NCBI GenBank assembly: GCA_039818185.1
Contig: JBCBUI010000016.1
Coordinates: forward strand, 2,158 to 66,157
Direction of reading: 5' to 3'
DNA: 64,000 nt
Source: Pseudomonadota bacterium
GTDB lineage: Bacteria > Pseudomonadota > Alphaproteobacteria > Caulobacterales > Hyphomonadaceae
Shown here: one piece after another, positions 61,601 to 64,000 of the stretch
How the letters are laid out: every line of letters begins with the position of its first letter
How positions within the stretch are numbered: position 1 is the first letter of the stretch
The notes under the pieces: model-generated
Told to the model about the DNA's origin: nothing
The model's database searches: none
Seen by the model: only the letters and a program-made list of their open reading frames with translations
Program-made: the position numbers and the translations under genes

Positions 61601-62215
61601 ATGAACAAAATTACCCTCCATAAAGGCGACTTGCCTGCGGGCCTCGATCTCGGATCAATTATTGCGGTCGATACAGAAGCCATGGGCCTGGATCCCGTGC
61701 GCGATGCGCTCTGTGTGGTGCAAATTTCCGCCGGTGATGGCGCCGCGCATGTGGTGCAATTGGAGCGCAGCTATGATTGCCCGAACCTGAAAGCACTGCT
61801 GGCAGATCCGAACGTCCTCAAAATCTTCCATTTCGCACGCTTTGATCTGGCCATGATGAAGAAATGGCTCGGCATTGCTTGCGCGCCGGTCTGGTGCACC
61901 AAAATCGCCTCAAAACTGGCCCGCACCTATACCGACCGGCACGGCCTGAAAGATGTCACGCGCGAGCTGATCGGCATGAATATGGACAAGTCCCAGCAAT
62001 CGTCAGATTGGGGCGCGGCCGAGCTCAGCGATCAGCAATTGCAATATGCCGCCAGCGATGTCTTGCACCTGCATGAGATCCGCCTCGGCTTGCACGCCAT
62101 GCTGGAGCGGGAGGGGCGAGTTGATCTCGCACAAGCCTGTTTCGACTTCCTGCCGGTGCGCGCCGAGCTCGACCTGCTGGGCTGGGGCGAGACTGATATT
62201 TTTGCACATAGTTGA
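61601..62215 (+). CDS. Small RNase D-like 3'-5' exonuclease (DEDD family)
   Basis: 204 aa with ExoI IAVDTEAMGL, ExoII KIFHFARFDL, and ExoIII QLQYAASDVLHLHEI (DEDDy). Confidence 0.8.
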   Translation: MNKITLHKGDLPAGLDLGSIIAVDTEAMGLDPVRDALCVVQISAGDGAAHVVQLERSYDCPNLKALLADPNVLKIFHFARFDLAMMKKWLGIACAPVWCTKIASKLARTYTDRHGLKDVTRELIGMNMDKSQQSSDWGAAELSDQQLQYAASDVLHLHEIRLGLHAMLEREGRVDLAQACFDFLPVRAELDLLGWGETDIFAHS

Positions 62216-62282
62216 GCGAGTGTGACGCAACTGTCATGTCAAAGCCCTGTTCCTGCTTGATTTCCTCACATAATAAAGACTT

Positions 62283-62945
62283 ATGAACGCCGCACATACC
62301 GAAATGCTGGCTCAATGGGCCCCCCAGCGCCAGATGACCCTGGCGCAAGCGCGTCGGCGCTCGTCAACCGTCGGCTTGTTGCGGATGATTTTTGTCGCTG
62401 GCGCCGCGATTTCAGCTGGCGTGATTATCGGACCCATCGCAGCAACGACCCTGTCGGGCGCCGGACAGCAAATTGATCAGCTCGAGGGCGACGAAGTGGT
62501 GACCATGGTCAATGCCCGCTTCACCGGTCGCAACATTGCTGGCGAAGCCTATGTGATCACGGCAGAAGCGGCGCAGCGCCGCCGGGCCGATCCGAGCGTG
62601 GTCAATCTGACCAATCCGCGCCTGGTTGATGATAAAGGCACAGAGGTCAGCGCGCCCGTCGGCGTCTATTACCAGAACGCTGAATATCTCGATCTGTTCC
62701 AGGCTGTGAAAGTGCGCGACGCGGAAGGCTATGAGTTTACCACGACAGCGGCCCGGGTTTTTGTCCAAGAAGGCCGCGTGCAAGGATTAGAGCCTCTAAA
62801 CGGCAATGGCCCCCTTGGCGATGTCCGCGCAGACTCCTATGAGATTGAAGACGAAGGTGATCGCGTGATCTTTCGCGGCAATGTGGATTTGACAATCTAT
62901 CCGGACGGACGAGAAGACGCGGAGACGCCGAATGGTGATGAGTAG
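62283..62945 (+). CDS. lptC: LPS export system protein LptC
   Basis: 220 aa with a single N-terminal TM anchor and an OstA-like beta-jellyroll pattern. Immediately upstream of lptA-lptB. Confidence 0.7.
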   Translation: MNAAHTEMLAQWAPQRQMTLAQARRRSSTVGLLRMIFVAGAAISAGVIIGPIAATTLSGAGQQIDQLEGDEVVTMVNARFTGRNIAGEAYVITAEAAQRRRADPSVVNLTNPRLVDDKGTEVSAPVGVYYQNAEYLDLFQAVKVRDAEGYEFTTTAARVFVQEGRVQGLEPLNGNGPLGDVRADSYEIEDEGDRVIFRGNVDLTIYPDGREDAETPNGDE

Positions 62946-62948
62946 AGG

Positions 62949-63473
62949 ATGACTGAGATGAAGGTGAAGGCGGTATTTTGCGCACTCGCGCTGTGCACCA
63001 GCGGCACCGCTGTGGCCCAGGTTTCCGGTGAAGGCGGGCCTATTCGCGTCACCGCGGATCGCTCTGAAGTGCTCGACAAAGAGCGTAAAGTTGTTCTGAT
63101 CGACAATGTTGATATCACGCAAGGTACTGCCCGGCTGCGCGCGGACATTGTGACGATTGAATATGGCGGCGCGGGCGGCAGCACCACGACCACAACGGGC
63201 CTGGGCTCAAATTTCGGCGATATCCGGACCATGACGGCGCGCGGCAATGTCTTCTATGTGACGCCGGATTTGAAGGCCAATGGCGATCTGGGCGTCTATG
63301 TCGCTTCAACCGATACGATCACCCTGACCGGTGATATCACCTTGGTGCGCGGCGAAGATGTCGCCAAAGGGGACCGACTCGTGATGGAACTGGCCGCCGG
63401 GAAGACGACATTGGATGGTGGCAATAGCCAGGTCAAAATGGTCATCAACCCGGGTGAAGGAAATGGTCGATAA
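62949..63473 (+). CDS. lptA: LPS transport periplasmic protein LptA
   Basis: 174 aa with a signal peptide. OstA_N-type repeats (IRVTADRSEV...VVLIDNVDITQGTARLRADIVTIEY...GNVFYVTPD...GDITLVRGEDVAKGDRLVMEL). Confidence 0.85.
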   Translation: MTEMKVKAVFCALALCTSGTAVAQVSGEGGPIRVTADRSEVLDKERKVVLIDNVDITQGTARLRADIVTIEYGGAGGSTTTTTGLGSNFGDIRTMTARGNVFYVTPDLKANGDLGVYVASTDTITLTGDITLVRGEDVAKGDRLVMELAAGKTTLDGGNSQVKMVINPGEGNGR

Positions 63474-63559
63474 AATTCAATCTATCGACCTAAACGGATT
63501 TTAAGCCTGTTATTTTAAGTGTCTCAGCGGGAGCTATTCACTTGAAGGAGCCGAAACAT

Positions 63560-64000
63560 ATGGACCAGACTGGCCAAGGCCTCGTCGCAACCGGACTCGC
63601 CAAATCATTTGGCAAGCGCCAGGTTGTCCATGATGTTTCGCTGAGTTTGCAGCGGGGCGAAGTCGTTGGGTTATTGGGGCCCAATGGCGCGGGGAAAACG
63701 ACGTGTTTTTACATGATCATGGGCCTGATCGGGGCCGATGATGGGATGATTCACATTGATGGCGCAGATGTCACGGCTTTGCCGATGTATCAGCGCGCGC
63801 GGCTTGGGCTCGGCTATTTGCCACAAGAAGCCAGCATTTTCCGCGGCATGAATGTCGAAGAGAATATCATGGCGGTCGTTGAACTGGTCGAACGTGACAA
63901 GTCTGAACGCCAGAATCAGGTCGATTCCCTGCTCGAAGAGTTGCACATCACGCATCTGCGCAAACAGCCTTCTACGAGCCTATCCGGGGGTGAGCGCCGC
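63560..64000 (+). CDS. lptB: LPS export ABC transporter ATP-binding protein LptB (5' part; continues beyond the window)
   Basis: Reading from ATG 63560 gives MDQTGQGLVATGLAKSFGKRQVVHDVSLSLQRGEVVGLLGPNGAGKTTCFYMIMGLI...LSGGERR up to the window edge. Not in the ORF track because there is no stop within the window. Confidence 0.9.
   Translation, partial: MDQTGQGLVATGLAKSFGKRQVVHDVSLSLQRGEVVGLLGPNGAGKTTCFYMIMGLIGADDGMIHIDGADVTALPMYQRARLGLGYLPQEASIFRGMNVEENIMAVVELVERDKSERQNQVDSLLEELHITHLRKQPSTSLSGGERR

Noticed and set aside
1-64000. CRISPR arrays, rRNA genes, additional tRNAs
   Set aside because: No regularly spaced direct repeats of 24-40 bp are visible anywhere in the window. No rRNA-like sequence is present. 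Only one tRNA-like cloverleaf (61394-61484) was found by eye.

Overview
This window looks like chromosomal DNA from an alphaproteobacterium. The pointers are a RegA/ActR-type regulator, an lptC-lptA-lptB locus and a DUF3489/DUF2924/serine-recombinase module. GC content is roughly mid-50s percent by eye. All family names come from motif recognition in the supplied translations; no database search was run.

The window falls into four blocks.

1. 1-5.6 kb. A regA-like response regulator, a tightly packed photolyase/cryptochrome gene pair, an IS6-family insertion and a secreted two-lobed retropepsin-like protease.

2. 5.7-44.9 kb. A phosphorus-scavenging supercluster of about 39 kb. It holds two convergent TonB-dependent receptors, three purple-acid-phosphatase-like metallophosphoesterases, PhoD, an alginate-export-type porin and a Tat-signal PhnZ-like HD protein. 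It also holds a phosphonate importer (phnD x2, phnE x2, phnC) and a complete C-P lyase core, phnGHIJKLM, with phnF. Non-canonical accessories are a second phnM, a PhnN-Nudix fusion, a DUF1045/2H esterase where phnP would be, a hexapeptide transferase where phnO would be, and a translationally coupled EEP / ABC / ABC / HAD / GST tail.

3. 44.9-61.4 kb. An accessory island that looks lower in GC, abutting the 3' end of tRNA-Ser(GCU). It contains the recombinase trio, a ParB-domain DNA methyltransferase with a DUF5681 gene, a small RHH module and miscellaneous cargo. It also carries six copies of a conserved hairpin repeat that split the cargo into blocks.

4. 61.6-64 kb. Core genes: a small RNase D-like exonuclease and lptC-lptA-lptB.

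The best candidate for an undescribed system is the gene at 51292-52962. It encodes a TIR domain, a coiled coil, a predicted TM helix, and what appears to be a circularly permuted, catalytically dead caspase-like domain. I found no CRISPR array and no rRNA gene.
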